Shown: positions 1-15,568, counted from the stretch's first letter. The stretch is DNA of 64,000 bases from an uncultured Phycisphaerales bacterium (GCA_963758525.1 CAVWVQ010000001.1:256001-320000), one strand, 5' to 3'. The notes: a model not told the origin generated them from the letters alone. A program made the numbers and translations.

Positions 1-1900
<1,900 letters not shown>

Positions 1901-2003
1901 GATCGTTGTCTTTCCTATTGTGACCGGTCAAATGCCGATCCTGATTCCACTGGTAACTCTTGAACATTTATCGTGCACACTTCGCGACCCGATCGGCCCG
2001 GAT

Positions 2004-2219
2004 TTACCCGGGCACCGATGGAACGAGCAGCACGTTCAACTTCTCGTCGTCTTCCAATTTCTCTTCCGCCTGGGCGAGCAAGTCATAATAGTCATAGTTT
2101 CGCACTCCCTGCTTATCCGGTTGAACCACAACGTAGTAAGACTCCCCATCGGAGAACACATCAATCACATCCAGGTGATAAGCCTCGCCACGCTTGCTCT
2201 GATCAGTTAGTACTGTCAT
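2004..2219 (-). CDS. Small hypothetical protein (71 aa, MTVLTDQSKRGEAY...)
   Basis: GGAGG Shine-Dalgarno 6 nt before ATG at 2219; acidic ORF; no family recognised. Confidence 0.55.
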   Translation of the reverse strand: MTVLTDQSKRGEAYHLDVIDVFSDGESYYVVVQPDKQGVRNYDYYDLLAQAEEKLEDDEKLNVLLVPSVPG

Positions 2220-2264
2220 ACCGAACCTCCAGTATGCGAAACACTGCGGCGGAGTGCGATACCG

Positions 2265-2296
2265 TACATCATGTCCTCGTCCTCTTCGGTCGCCAG
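2265..2296. repeat. 32-bp direct repeat of the rpoB 3' end (copy 2)
   Basis: tacatcatgtcctcgtcctcttcggtcgccag identical to 2878-2909. Confidence 0.95.
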
Positions 2297-2317
2297 GCCC
2301 AGCCCATGGCCCGTTCA

Positions 2318-2563
2318 TTAGGCCGATCTTTTGCGAGCGCGGCCGCCGGACTGCGGCATCGCTTCCATTAGTTTCCGCAATGCGTTGTTCACCGCTTCGG
2401 CGTCCTTGAAAACCTTCGCGACGTCCGCATCGAGCACGATCTGCCGAATATCACGCGGTTTTGCAAACACATTTCCCGGCCCGCGACCGACAAACACAAA
2501 ATCAGACGTGTCGGCCGGAACGTCATACGCCATCTCCTCGGGCGTAAACTTGACGTAACTCAC
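2318..2563 (-). CDS. BrnA-like antitoxin
   Basis: LDADVAKVFKDAEAVNNALRKL C-terminal motif; directly downstream of BrnT; start uncertain (GTG 2563; frame open to 2638). Confidence 0.75.
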   Translation of the reverse strand: MSYVKFTPEEMAYDVPADTSDFVFVGRGPGNVFAKPRDIRQIVLDADVAKVFKDAEAVNNALRKLMEAMPQSGGRARKRSA

Positions 2564-2564
2564 C

Positions 2565-2855
2565 TTAGTCTTGCCCGGCGTAACGGCGCGTCTCTGCTTT
2601 ATTCGCTCTGCGAGCACTGATGATACGGATCGCTTCATTGCAGTTTCTGTAAATGACCGCCACTAATCGGCCTCGCACGGAGATTCCCAGCAACAGCCAT
2701 CGATCTTCGTCAACCGCGTGTTTTTCGTCATATTCGATCCATTGATTTGGATCGTCGAACGCGCTGCTTGCCTCCTCGAACGTCAGGCCATGCTTTTGGC
2801 GGTTAATTGCCGCCTTCTGCGACTCCCACTCAAATTGAAGATCGCTCAACGGCAC
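2565..2855 (-). CDS. BrnT family toxin (DUF497)
   Basis: FEWE..KA..N..KHGLTFEEA...EDRW.LLG...IRIISARRA signature. Confidence 0.92.
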   Translation of the reverse strand: MPLSDLQFEWESQKAAINRQKHGLTFEEASSAFDDPNQWIEYDEKHAVDEDRWLLLGISVRGRLVAVIYRNCNEAIRIISARRANKAETRRYAGQD

Positions 2856-2876
2856 CTCTCCGGCTGTTTCCCTTCA

Positions 2877-6647
<3,771 letters not shown>

Positions 6648-6884
6648 CAGATTTTCCTTTTCCCGAATACGGAGGAGAGTGAGCCGTTGAGGTCATCCAA
6701 ACGCACATTGGCTGAAAAAAGAGACAAGTCTGACTCAGAGCGTGCCGATATAAAAATGCGGATCGAACACGCCATCAAGTCATCCATCAACGAAAAAAAT
6801 ACAGAACCTCCCCCTCCCGCCGGCGGGGTCGTTCTTTGCGACTGAGATTATTTTTAAGCTGCCTGCACCAATAGAAGCTCTCAA

Positions 6885-6912
6885 AGTTTAGCAATCTGCG
6901 GACCAGAGTCAA
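6885..6912 (-). promoter_or_regulatory. Putative sigma70 promoter for rpoB
   Basis: TTGACT-16 bp-TAAACT with TG extension on the minus strand. Confidence 0.5.
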
Positions 6913-7054
6913 GGGGGAAACTTCTTTCGCTCCCCGCACTCTTCACTTCTTCGCACGCGAAAGGCAACTTCCGCAAAGGGCAAGCAACGCACTGCCCTTT
7001 CGGCGAACTCCAGCATGCGCACGCCGGGCGGTCCCTGGAACGCGGGCCCGGCCA

Positions 7055-7126
7055 GGGTTCAGGGTGTCAGGTTCAGCACGTCTGAATTGCATGAACCCTG
7101 AACCCTGAACCCTGAACCCTGAACCG
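7055..7126. repeat. Heptamer tandem repeats (TGAACCC)n with an inverted partner
   Basis: gggttcagggtgtcaggttcag ... tgaaccctgaaccctgaaccctgaaccctgaacc. Confidence 0.85.
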
Positions 7127-7160
7127 CTGCAAGATCTTTTGAGGCAGGCGATTGTCGTGC

Positions 7161-7556
7161 TTACTTGAGCTCGACAGTCGCGCCCTGATCTTCCAGCTCT
7201 TTCTTGAGCTTGTCGGCGTCGGCCTTGGGAAGGGCTTCCTTGACGGTCTTCGGAGCGCCTTCGACCAAATCCTTGGCTTCCTTCAGACCAAGTCCGGTCG
7301 CCGCGCGAACGACCTTGATGACGTTGATCTTCTTCTCGCCGGCAGCCTTGAGGATGACGTCGAAGTTGGTCTTGACCTCCGGCGCCTCGGCCGCGGCGGC
7401 CGGGCCAGCCGGACCAGCGGCAGCCATCACTGCGCCGGCGGCGGGTTCGATTCCGTGTGCTTCCTTGAGATAGGCAGCCAGATCGACCGCCTGCTTGAGG
7501 GTGAGACCGACGATCTTGTCGCCGAGTTCTTTGATTTCAGTTGCGAATTCTGCCAT
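7161..7556 (-). CDS. rplL: 50S ribosomal protein L7/L12
   Basis: [25 protein letters not shown] motif. Confidence 0.98.
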   Translation of the reverse strand: MAEFATEIKELGDKIVGLTLKQAVDLAAYLKEAHGIEPAAGAVMAAAGPAGPAAAAEAPEVKTNFDVILKAAGEKKINVIKVVRAATGLGLKEAKDLVEGAPKTVKEALPKADADKLKKELEDQGATVELK

Positions 7557-7756
7557 GACTTCTTCTCCGGGACGTGTCGTGTCCCAACCGTGTCGAGTTC
7601 AATCCCGCCCGAGAGCACGCCTCACATCGAGGCGATTTAATCCCGTGAAAGCCGGGAGCAGTCGGAGCCGTCGGATTTTTCTGAATCAGCTTCTTCGGGG
7701 TTCCCGTGAATACACGCTCCCTTCGGGTCGCGGTTCACCGGGAGATATCCTTCTCG

Positions 7757-8425
7757 TTATGTCGTGGGTGGCGCGGCGGGCGCCGTCGGCTCGGCCGCTG
7801 CTGCAGCAGGTTCCGCAGCGGGCGGCGCGACAGGAGCAGCTTCGGGAGCGGCGGCGGCCTCTGGAACCGATGCAGCTTCGGGCGCTGGAGCGGCCGATTC
7901 CTTTTCTTTTGCTTTCTCTTCGACCGTCTTGATGAGCGACGCAATCCGGCCGCCCTGGCTCTTGAGGATCCCGCCCAGCTTTTTGCCCGGCGAGAGAATC
8001 AGGGCCACCAGCGATCCGATCGCCTCTTCCCGCGTCGGCAGCTTGCTGACCTGCTCCACGCCCTTTTCGCCGGTGTAGATCTCACCGTCGAAGAAGATGC
8101 CGCGCAGCTCGAGCGTTTCCAGATTCTTCTTTTCATCGAGCAGGGCGCGGGCAACCGTCGAGATGCTCGCCTTGCCGAAGACGACGGCGCTGGGCCCGTC
8201 CAGGAGTTTATCGAAGCCCCATATCTTGCTCTTCTCGCCGACCGCGCGCTTCGCCAGCGTGTTTTTCACGACGACCATTTTCAGGCCTTTTTCGTGAAGC
8301 CGCCGGCGAATCAAATTGTTCTTGATCGCGTCGATGCCGCGCGGATTGATGACGGCCACACCGTCCACATCCTGGAACTTCGCGGTCATCTCGTTGGTGA
8401 TGCTTTCTTTGACTCTTTTGCTCAT
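7757..8425 (-). CDS. rplJ: 50S ribosomal protein L10 with Ala/Pro/Glu-rich tail
   Basis: VVKNTLAKRA and LPTREE motifs; lies between rplA and rplL. Confidence 0.95.
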   Translation of the reverse strand: MSKRVKESITNEMTAKFQDVDGVAVINPRGIDAIKNNLIRRRLHEKGLKMVVVKNTLAKRAVGEKSKIWGFDKLLDGPSAVVFGKASISTVARALLDEKKNLETLELRGIFFDGEIYTGEKGVEQVSKLPTREEAIGSLVALILSPGKKLGGILKSQGGRIASLIKTVEEKAKEKESAAPAPEAASVPEAAAAPEAAPVAPPAAEPAAAAAEPTAPAAPPTT

Positions 8426-8525
8426 CGGACACTTCCTCGCTCATCAGTCGATCGGGGTCGCTCGTTTGCTCGCGATCGCAGCCCCGGATGTACATCCGGG
8501 GCTTCTTCATTTATCGCTTCTTCAG

Positions 8526-9224
8526 TTATTGCACGGAAAGATAAACAGCGGGCGTCATCGTGCCCTTGAGCACGACCTTCTTAAAGTAGTGCCCCTTGCT
8601 GGTCGGCGGCTTCATTTTGCGAATCTGCGCAACCATCGCGTTGATGTTGTCGGTGAGCTTTTCCTTGGCAAAGCTCATCTTGCCCACGACGCTATGGATG
8701 TTGCCGCCGGTATCGTTGCGGAACTCGATTTTGCCGGCGGAGTATTCCTTGACGGCTGCCGCGACATCGGCCGTCACGGTGCCGGCTTTGGGCGAAGGCA
8801 TCAGCCCCTTGGGCCCCAGGACCTTACCGAGCCGGCCGACGAACCGCATCATGTCGGGCGTGGAAACCGCGACATCGAAGTCCGTGAAATTTTCCTTCTC
8901 AATCGCCTGGACGAGCTCCTGACCACCCGCGCGGATCGCGCCGGCGGCGGTCGCCAGCGGAGCGAGGTGATCGGGGCAGAACGCGACGACGCGCTTGGTC
9001 TTCCCCACGCCGTGCGGCAGGGAGAGCGATCCGCGAATCATCTGATCCGCCTGCTTCGCGTCGATGCCCAGCGAGAAAATCAGCTCAACCGACTGGTCGA
9101 ACTTGGTGGCGTCGAATGTCTTGAGGAGATCGATCCCCTTGTCGATGGAAACCAAGTCCGGAACCGCCTTCTTGGCGGCAGCCTTGTATCGCTTGGAACG
9201 TTCGATGACTACTGACTGGGCCAT
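8526..9224 (-). CDS. rplA: 50S ribosomal protein L1
   Basis: KFDQSVE, LPHGVGK and LGKVLGPKGLMPSPKAGTVT motifs. Confidence 0.98.
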   Translation of the reverse strand: MAQSVVIERSKRYKAAAKKAVPDLVSIDKGIDLLKTFDATKFDQSVELIFSLGIDAKQADQMIRGSLSLPHGVGKTKRVVAFCPDHLAPLATAAGAIRAGGQELVQAIEKENFTDFDVAVSTPDMMRFVGRLGKVLGPKGLMPSPKAGTVTADVAAAVKEYSAGKIEFRNDTGGNIHSVVGKMSFAKEKLTDNINAMVAQIRKMKPPTSKGHYFKKVVLKGTMTPAVYLSVQ

Positions 9225-9315
9225 TTTGCCCCGTCGCTTTCCGGGTCGAAATCAGCTTCGACCAAAGCTCCCACTGTTACTGCCCGTGGTGCGGCAACTG
9301 TTGTACTCCGCGGCG

Positions 9316-9795
9316 TTATGCCGCTCCTGCCTCAGACGCTCTGGCATTCTCGATCCCGGTGCTGATGCGTGTCACCAGAAGCAGATCGATCCATTGAGTC
9401 CGCTCGCCGCCAGTGGCGACGTATATCGTCCGTCCGCCTTGGGTCCGCGACGCGAACTCCGGACCGATCACGCCAATCTTCGAGCCATCGGCAACGTGAA
9501 TCGTAAATGGCTCGAAAGGCCGACGCTTTAGAAACTCGTCAAACTTTTCGACCGTCATCGGTTCGACCACCTCTCGCGCCTCGGCGGGGATCACTTCGTC
9601 AACGTCGGCGAGCAGAATCCGCGTGCGCATCTCGCCGTCCTCGCCGAACACTTCCAGCCATTGCATCCCAGGCGGAAACCATGCCTGGCGGGGAAGCGAA
9701 ATTCGCACCGTCGCGCCAGACCTTAAGCCAACGACGAACGGCAGAAAAGGGTCTCGCCGAAGGCACGATCGAATTCGCTCGCCCGGCGACATCAC
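9316..9795 (-). CDS. Hypothetical protein with two tandem R-x-PF-x-PF domains
   Basis: LRRDPFLPFVVGLRSG and LKRRPFEPFTIHVADG repeats; abuts the rplK stop. Confidence 0.7.
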   Translation of the reverse strand: MMSPGERIRSCLRRDPFLPFVVGLRSGATVRISLPRQAWFPPGMQWLEVFGEDGEMRTRILLADVDEVIPAEAREVVEPMTVEKFDEFLKRRPFEPFTIHVADGSKIGVIGPEFASRTQGGRTIYVATGGERTQWIDLLLVTRISTGIENARASEAGAA

Positions 9796-10224
9796 TCATC
9801 CTTCAACCGTGATTCCCATCGACCGCGCGGTTCCCGCAATCACGCGGGCAGCCTTCTCTTCGTCGAAGGCGTTGATCTCCTTGCCCTTCTCCTTGGCGAT
9901 CGCCTTGCACTGAGCCATGGTGATCTTGCCGATCTTATTTTTGTTTGGCTCGCCGCTGCCCTTCTCGGCCTTGACCAGATCCTTGAGCATGACGCTGGCC
10001 GGGGGGCTCTTCAGCTCGAAGCTGAACGTGCGGTCCTTATAGACGGTCACGAGCACGCCGATCACTTTGCCCTTGAGATGGGCCGAGGCGGCGTTGAACT
10101 GCTGGATAAACTGGCCGGGGTTCACGCCGTGCTGGCCAAGAGCCGGTCCGATCGGCGGCGCGGGGGTCGCAGTGCCACCGGGCGCCTGCAGCTTAAACTG
10201 AACTGTGATTTCCTTCTTCGCCAT
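9796..10224 (-). CDS. rplK: 50S ribosomal protein L11
   Basis: ATPAPPIGPALGQHGVN and IAGTARSMGI motifs; ATG at 10224. Confidence 0.98.
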   Translation of the reverse strand: MAKKEITVQFKLQAPGGTATPAPPIGPALGQHGVNPGQFIQQFNAASAHLKGKVIGVLVTVYKDRTFSFELKSPPASVMLKDLVKAEKGSGEPNKNKIGKITMAQCKAIAKEKGKEINAFDEEKAARVIAGTARSMGITVEG

Positions 10225-10342
10225 GGGACCGTCTGCCTCTCTGCTGTGCGGACGCTTGCTCCGCTCTAAAAAGTCACGGCGAGCAAACTCGCCGGCTAAA
10301 TGTTCTGCGGAACGAAGCCGCAACGGCCACGCCGCAGTTGAG

Positions 10343-10639
10343 CTATTCCACCTCTGTATCGATCACTCGGGCGCTGGCTTGCCGTCGCTCGCTAGATCCG
10401 CCTGTCACTTGCACTTCACTGCCGGCCGGCCGGGTCAACTGCTTCAAAAAGCTGTAGATCGGCGCCGCCAACAGTAAAAGGGCGAGGATACTAATCAGAA
10501 ACATCGCAATTGACAAGGCCGCGACAATCAAACCCGGAATCGCGGCAACAAAAACCAGCAGCCGCGCCCATCCCGGCAGCCCCACGACTCCGCCGCGAAC
10601 GCCGTCAATCCTGCCAACATATGCCGAAAAGCGCGACAC
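10343..10639 (-). CDS. Small hypothetical membrane protein
   Basis: 98 aa with a long hydrophobic segment. Confidence 0.6.
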   Translation of the reverse strand: MSRFSAYVGRIDGVRGGVVGLPGWARLLVFVAAIPGLIVAALSIAMFLISILALLLLAAPIYSFLKQLTRPAGSEVQVTGGSSERRQASARVIDTEVE

Positions 10640-10700
10640 GTCATCCTTTCAGCCTCCGTCTTACGCCTCAATGCAGGGCACTCAGAACCGTATGCGAATC

Positions 10701-11474
10701 CTACAGCGCCGCGGCAATTAATGATTTCGCCCATTCCTGGTCGGCATCGCTCAGTTGCAGATCGCACGGTTGATCGTAGCGAATTCGCCGCCGGTACCGC
10801 CCCGCCTCATACGCGTGGGAAACGGCCGCTTCCAACTCCAGGCCAACATCTGCGTCACCTTCCGCAAGCGGGATGTTCACAACCGGCAATGCATCGCGCA
10901 GTGTCGTTTGATACAGCTCGAATCGATTACGTCGCGGCCAGCGGCTCACGCACGTTATGTAGTCAAACGGTTGAAACTCTTCCAGCCGCCACTGCGGAAT
11001 GCTCAGGCTCCGGCTGCCGCTTCGCAAGAGATCAATTTCCACCAGATGACAGTCGCGAGCCAGCAACTCCTCCTGTTTCCGGAGGTAAGACGCCTGTCCT
11101 GGCCCGGGTCGTTTGTTGGTGGGGCTGAGGACTTCGATGGCACATACCAACTTTAGCTGGTCGTATGAATCGAGCACCTCGACGCGCCCCTCGCTCAACT
11201 CCAACTCTTCAACCTCAACTATGACTGCGCTGCCACCGTGGTGGAGCGAGCGCGGCGACAGTGGGCCAGGCTCCTTCGTGCGCGTTACCCAGACATCCGG
11301 CACACGTCGTTGCGGGCCTTCAATGAACACGCGCTCTTCAATCGATGTCACGTAGCGGGGATCGAGCTTTGGCTGAAGATGCTCGGCGATCGCGTTGATC
11401 AGCCGTGCGTGAAAGCCCTCCCAAAGGACGGGATGCTCCAGGGATGGATCCATGCCAGGAAAGGGGCTCTTCAC
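10701..11474 (-). CDS. DUF4058 family protein (Uma2-like PD-(D/E)XK fold)
   Basis: SPFPGMDP.LE...W..FH, IEVLSPTNK and HLVEIDLLR motifs. Confidence 0.9.
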   Translation of the reverse strand: MKSPFPGMDPSLEHPVLWEGFHARLINAIAEHLQPKLDPRYVTSIEERVFIEGPQRRVPDVWVTRTKEPGPLSPRSLHHGGSAVIVEVEELELSEGRVEVLDSYDQLKLVCAIEVLSPTNKRPGPGQASYLRKQEELLARDCHLVEIDLLRSGSRSLSIPQWRLEEFQPFDYITCVSRWPRRNRFELYQTTLRDALPVVNIPLAEGDADVGLELEAAVSHAYEAGRYRRRIRYDQPCDLQLSDADQEWAKSLIAAAL

Positions 11475-11495
11475 CCGCTCATTGTACCAGCAGGA

Positions 11496-12037
11496 TCACA
11501 TTCTTTCGATCTGCCAGTATTCGAGCTCCAGCGGCGTCGGGCGGCCGAAGATCGTGGTGATGATCCGCACCATTCCCTTGTCGGAAATGACCTCGTCAAC
11601 GTCGCCCTCGAAGTTGATGAATGCTCCGTTGGTGACTTTGATCCGCTCGCCCTTCTTGAACTGTGCCTCGAAACGCGGGCCTTCATCCGGGCGCTCGGCT
11701 TCCTCGAGCATCTTGGCCTGGTCCTTGGGGGACATCGGCGTGGGCTTCCCGTTGGACCCGATGAAGTCCCCGACTCCGTCGGTTTCCTTGATCAGGAACC
11801 AGACTTTTTCCGGGATGGTCCCGTTTTTGTCCAACTCCAGCTCGATAAACACGTAGCCGGGGTAAAGCTTGCGTTCGGTGTCGCGGCGCTTGCCGTCCTT
11901 CATGGAGCGGACCCGCTCGGTGGGCACCAGGATCCGGTTGACGACACCTTCGAGCCCTTCGATCTTGACCTTGCGCACAGCGCCTCCCGGACACGGTCCT
12001 CTTTATTGCTCGCCACTCTCAAAACGAAAAATTGCAT
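11496..12037 (-). CDS. nusG: Transcription termination/antitermination factor NusG (1-nt frameshift near 11979, likely sequencing error)
   Basis: MQFFVLRVASNKEDRVREAL then shifted frame RKVKIEG...LYPGYVFIE...IFGRPTPLEL. Confidence 0.95.
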
Positions 12038-12061
12038 GATGTTGCTCAGCCTTGGGACCGA

Positions 12062-12643
12062 TCAGCTGCCAAACGGGCCGGCCTTCAGGACGCCGATGAT
12101 GTGAAAAAGGTAATGGAACAGAATATCAACCACGAACAAAAAGACGGCCACCGAGAACATGAAGATGATGACGATCTTCGTCGACGCGATCAGATCGCGC
12201 CGGCTCGTCCAATTCACCTTCTTCATCTCACTGTCGGTCGCGATCAGGAACTCCACGTTGTCGGGCTTGTTGGTGATCCAGAATCCCAACAATGAAAAAC
12301 CCACCAGAAAAACTGCGGCGGAAATCAGGGCGATCCGGAAATGCAGCGTCTCAGAGGCCCTTGAAACCGCTTCCGCATCCGCCGGGGACAATGTCGAGAG
12401 ATACGCCTGCGATGGCGACGGCAGCAGGCTCGGCAGATTGACGAAGATGTTGTACGCCGTGAACAGGGCGAGCAGCCCGATTCCGATTGCCGTCCCCATC
12501 CGCGTCCAATAGCCATGGCCCTTCTTCTGGATGGTGAAGAAGCCGTCGGCGCCAGGCTTGCGCCTGAAGCCCTCATCCTGTTTGGGGACCTCCGCTTCGG
12601 CCATCGCCTTGCTCTCTTGTTCTGTTTTGGTCACTGAGGCCAT
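12062..12643 (-). CDS. secE: Preprotein translocase subunit SecE (three-TM type)
   Basis: EFLIATDSEMKKVNWTSR motif; lies between tRNA-Trp and nusG. Confidence 0.93.
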   Translation of the reverse strand: MASVTKTEQESKAMAEAEVPKQDEGFRRKPGADGFFTIQKKGHGYWTRMGTAIGIGLLALFTAYNIFVNLPSLLPSPSQAYLSTLSPADAEAVSRASETLHFRIALISAAVFLVGFSLLGFWITNKPDNVEFLIATDSEMKKVNWTSRRDLIASTKIVIIFMFSVAVFLFVVDILFHYLFHIIGVLKAGPFGS

Positions 12644-12707
12644 GAGCTCCGCCGATCACCTCGGAAGCACCGATGCGACGATTTCGCGCGCCGAGCCTTT
12701 TCGCTCA

Positions 12708-12780
12708 CACGCCAGGAGGGAATCGAACCCCCAACCTGCCGCTTTGGAGACGGCCGCTCTGCCAATTGAGCTACTGGCGT
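12708..12780 (-). tRNA. tRNA-Trp(CCA)
   Basis: ACGCCAG/CTGGCGT acceptor stem, anticodon arm GCCGT-CTCCAAA-GCGGC, GGTTCGATTCC T-loop; CCA end not encoded. Confidence 0.97.
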
Positions 12781-12787
12781 AGGGGAG

Positions 12788-12958
12788 GAAGGCACGAAGG
12801 CACGGAGGCACGAAGGCACGAAGGTAGAAAACCGCCGTGCCTCCGTTAGTCCTGCTATGCCATCCTGCCTTTCTTCCAGTCAATATCGCCAGAGGCCCGC
12901 CGCACTCGGCACGATGCACTTCACTTCGTGCCTTCGTGCCTTGGTGCCTTCGTGCCTC
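12788..12958. repeat. Inverted pair of octamer tandem arrays (GAAGGCAC)n / (GTGCCTTC)n
   Basis: Arrays at about 12788-12824 and 12924-12958. Confidence 0.85.
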
Positions 12959-12963
12959 TCTTA

Positions 12964-13128
12964 TTACTTTCTCTTGACCTTGTGCATCGTATGGCGGCGC
13001 AGCCGTGGGGAGTATTTCTTCACTTCCACTTTCTGCGGCCCGCCAGCGACCTTGATCTCCGTGCGATAGTTGAGGTCGCCCGTCTCGGTGCACTGCAGCC
13101 AGACCATTTCTCGGCTCTCTTTAGCCAT
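12964..13128 (-). CDS. rpmG: 50S ribosomal protein L33 (zinc-lacking type)
   Basis: MAKESREMVWLQCTETGDLNYRTEIKVAGGPQKVEVKKYSPRLRRHTMHKVKRK; below the ORF-track length cutoff; canonical position between tuf and tRNA-Trp. Confidence 0.93.
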   Translation of the reverse strand: MAKESREMVWLQCTETGDLNYRTEIKVAGGPQKVEVKKYSPRLRRHTMHKVKRK

Positions 13129-13136
13129 GGAACACC

Positions 13137-14336
13137 TTACTCAAGGATCTTGACGACCACACCCGAGCCGACGGTCTTGCCGCCTTCACGAACGGCAAAT
13201 CGCAGCTTCTCTTCCATGGCGATCGGCGACTGCAGCTCGACCTCCATGGTGACGTTGTCGCCCGGCATGACCATTTCCGCGCCGCCCAGCAGCTTGGCAG
13301 AACCCGTCACGTCGGTGGTGCGGAAGTAAAACTGCGGACGATACCCGGTGAAGAACGGGGTATGACGCCCGCCCTCTTCCTTGGTCAGCACATAGACTTC
13401 CGCCTGGAACTTCTTGTGCGGCGTGATCGACTTGGGAAGCGCCAGCACCTGCCCGCGCTCCAGATCTTCCTTTTCAATGCCGCGGAGCAGCAACCCGGCG
13501 TTGTCGCCGGCGATGCCCTCGTCCATGCTCTTGTTGAACTGCTCGATGTCGGTGACCGTCGTGCTGCGCGTGTCCTTGAGGCCGACGATTTCGATGGTGT
13601 CGCCCTTGCGGATCTTGCCGCGCTCGATACGGCCGGTGCCGACCGTGCCGCGACCCTTGATGCTGAAGACGTCTTCGATCGGCATCAGGAACGGCTTGTC
13701 GATTTCGCGCTGCGGGATCGGAACGTACGCGTCCAGCGCCTTGATGAGTTCATCAATGCACTTGTTGGCCGTGTCGTCGGTGGGGTTCTGCACCGCCGGG
13801 AGCGACGAGCCGCGGATCACCGGCGTGTCATCGCCCGGGAATCCGTACTTGGTCAGCAGCTCGCGGATTTCCATGTCCACCAGCTCCAGCAACTCCGGAT
13901 CATCGACCAGATCGATCTTATTGAGGAAGACGACGATCTTCGGCACGCCCACCTGGCGAGCCAGGAGAATGTGCTCGCGCGTCTGCGGCATCGGGCCGTC
14001 GGCGGCGGAGACCACCAGAATCGCGCCGTCCATCTGGGCGGCGCCGGTGATCATGTTCTTGATGTAGTCGGCATGGCCCGGACAGTCGACGTGAGCGTAG
14101 TGCCGGCTCTCCGACTCATACTCCACATGCGCAGCCGCGATCGTCACGGTCTTGGTCGCGTCACGCTCGGTGCCGCCCTTGGCAATGTCCTTGTAGGCCT
14201 TTGCGGTCACGGACGTGAACTTCGCCGCCGAGCGGGCGCTCAGCGCCGCCGTCAGCGTGGTCTTGCCGTGGTCGATGTGACCAATGGTGCCGACGTTCAC
14301 GTGCGGCTTTTTCCGTTCGAATACTCCCTTTGCCAT
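13137..14336 (-). CDS. tuf: Elongation factor Tu
   Basis: [16 protein letters not shown] and NKID motifs. Confidence 0.99.
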   Translation of the reverse strand: MAKGVFERKKPHVNVGTIGHIDHGKTTLTAALSARSAAKFTSVTAKAYKDIAKGGTERDATKTVTIAAAHVEYESESRHYAHVDCPGHADYIKNMITGAAQMDGAILVVSAADGPMPQTREHILLARQVGVPKIVVFLNKIDLVDDPELLELVDMEIRELLTKYGFPGDDTPVIRGSSLPAVQNPTDDTANKCIDELIKALDAYVPIPQREIDKPFLMPIEDVFSIKGRGTVGTGRIERGKIRKGDTIEIVGLKDTRSTTVTDIEQFNKSMDEGIAGDNAGLLLRGIEKEDLERGQVLALPKSITPHKKFQAEVYVLTKEEGGRHTPFFTGYRPQFYFRTTDVTGSAKLLGGAEMVMPGDNVTMEVELQSPIAMEEKLRFAVREGGKTVGSGVVVKILE

Positions 14337-14485
14337 GGTTGCTAACCTCCAGAAATCATTTGCTGTGACAATCAACCGGCGACTTGTGATCGAGTCCGCG
14401 ACCCGGCGTGCATCAGAAATCGCAATTCAGAAATCGTTTCGTATCCACCTGACTGCTTGCCTGCCTGTGTCTGTCCAGGTGCTCA

Positions 14486-14557
14486 AGCTGGCACAGGGGC
14501 TTGAACCCTGGACCTCCACCTTACCAAGGTGGCGCTCTACCACTGAGCTATGCCAGC
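14486..14557 (-). tRNA. tRNA-Thr(GGT)
   Basis: GCTGGCA/TGCCAGC acceptor stem, CCACC-TTGGTAA-GGTGG anticodon arm; upstream of tuf. Confidence 0.97.
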
Positions 14558-14646
14558 GATAACGCTCTGTCATCGGCGACACGACTCGACTTCAACGGCG
14601 GAATCAACACCGCGTCCGTGCGCACCGGAAGCGTTGAAGGGGGAGA

Positions 14647-14674
14647 AGTATAAGTGGCACTCAGGCAATGTCAA
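14647..14674 (-). promoter_or_regulatory. Sigma70 promoter of the tRNA-Thr-tuf operon
   Basis: TTGACA-16 bp-TATACT. Confidence 0.7.
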
Positions 14675-14745
14675 TTCAGTCAGCCGGCTCATTTTAGCAC
14701 GGCCGCGCACGAATTTCCGCAGAGTGACTTCTTGCCTCCTCCCCT

Positions 14746-14888
14746 GGGTGTGGCGCTCGAAAGTGGCGATCGGCTCCGAGTAGGGCGGGATTCATCCCGC
14801 CGATTTGTTGGCCGGCTGAGAAAACGGCGGGATGAATCCCGCCCTACGATCGCAAAATCTGCAATCGCCACAAATAAAAGTTACACCC
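14746..14888. mobile_element. 143-bp MITE, copy 1 (8-bp TSD CCTCCCCT)
   Basis: Identical to 28294-28436; ends GGGTGT-N11-GTGGCGAT inverted; internal GTAG-type REP pair; flanks duplicated. Confidence 0.92.
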
Positions 14889-14998
14889 CCTCCCCTCGTA
14901 CCCGGGGGGAGGACTGAGGTGGGGGGAATCGTTCATTTGACGCGGCCCACTGAACGGACGAACCCCCACCCCAACCCTCCAGTAATAGGGGAGGGGGC
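14889..14998. repeat. REP-like palindromic element (CCCCAACCCTC...GGGAGGGG family)
   Basis: cctcccctcgtacccggggggagg...ccccaccccaaccctcc...ggggaggggg; related element at about 38509-38550. Confidence 0.6.
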
Positions 14999-15145
14999 AA
15001 GAGCGGGATATCGCCGCGAACAGGTTTCACCGAGACTTCGCGCCACTTCGCGCTCGACCGAGTCCCGGCCGCTCGACGTGGTGAAATCAGAAATCGCCGG
15101 CTATTATTCGAACGCGTTCGACGGATCTAACAGAGCGAGCTGCTT

Positions 15146-15568
15146 ATGCGTTTTTCCGTTTTCATCCTGTTTCCCGTCGCGGCGCTCCTCACGGGCGGGT
15201 GCGTGACAGCGCATTACCGGTACGCCATCGAAGTGCCGGGGGCTGATGCGGCAACGCCCGCGACGGTGGAGCTTCGCTGGAAGGGCGGAAGCCGAGCCTT
15301 TACCGTCAAGTCGAATGAGTGTGTGGCGACGCGGTTCACGGAGCTCATGCAGCCGGCGGGATGCGTCTTTGCGGATATTCCGCGCGGGCTCAGCGTGCGC
15401 GTGACGCGCGACGGGTATCAGCCGTGGGAGCACGATTACCAGTATGTGGACGAAGACTTCCGCACGAAAAAGTGGGACAGTTTCGTCCGGCAGGACGTGA
15501 TTCAGTTGGAGTCGATCTACAGCAAGGGGGACTCCAAGCAGATTGATGGCACGCCGGTTTATCGGTGA
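15146..15568 (+). CDS. Putative lipoprotein
   Basis: Hydrophobic N-terminus with LLTGGC lipobox-like motif. Confidence 0.65.
   Translation: MRFSVFILFPVAALLTGGCVTAHYRYAIEVPGADAATPATVELRWKGGSRAFTVKSNECVATRFTELMQPAGCVFADIPRGLSVRVTRDGYQPWEHDYQYVDEDFRTKKWDSFVRQDVIQLESIYSKGDSKQIDGTPVYR

Noticed and set aside
7757..7900. Ala/Pro/Glu-rich tail of L10
   Set aside because: Low-complexity extension with no evidence of a separate domain
11960..12000. Programmed frameshift in nusG (likewise ychF and the FtsK-like gene)
   Set aside because: No slippery heptamer; indels are scattered across many genes, so sequencing error is the simpler explanation
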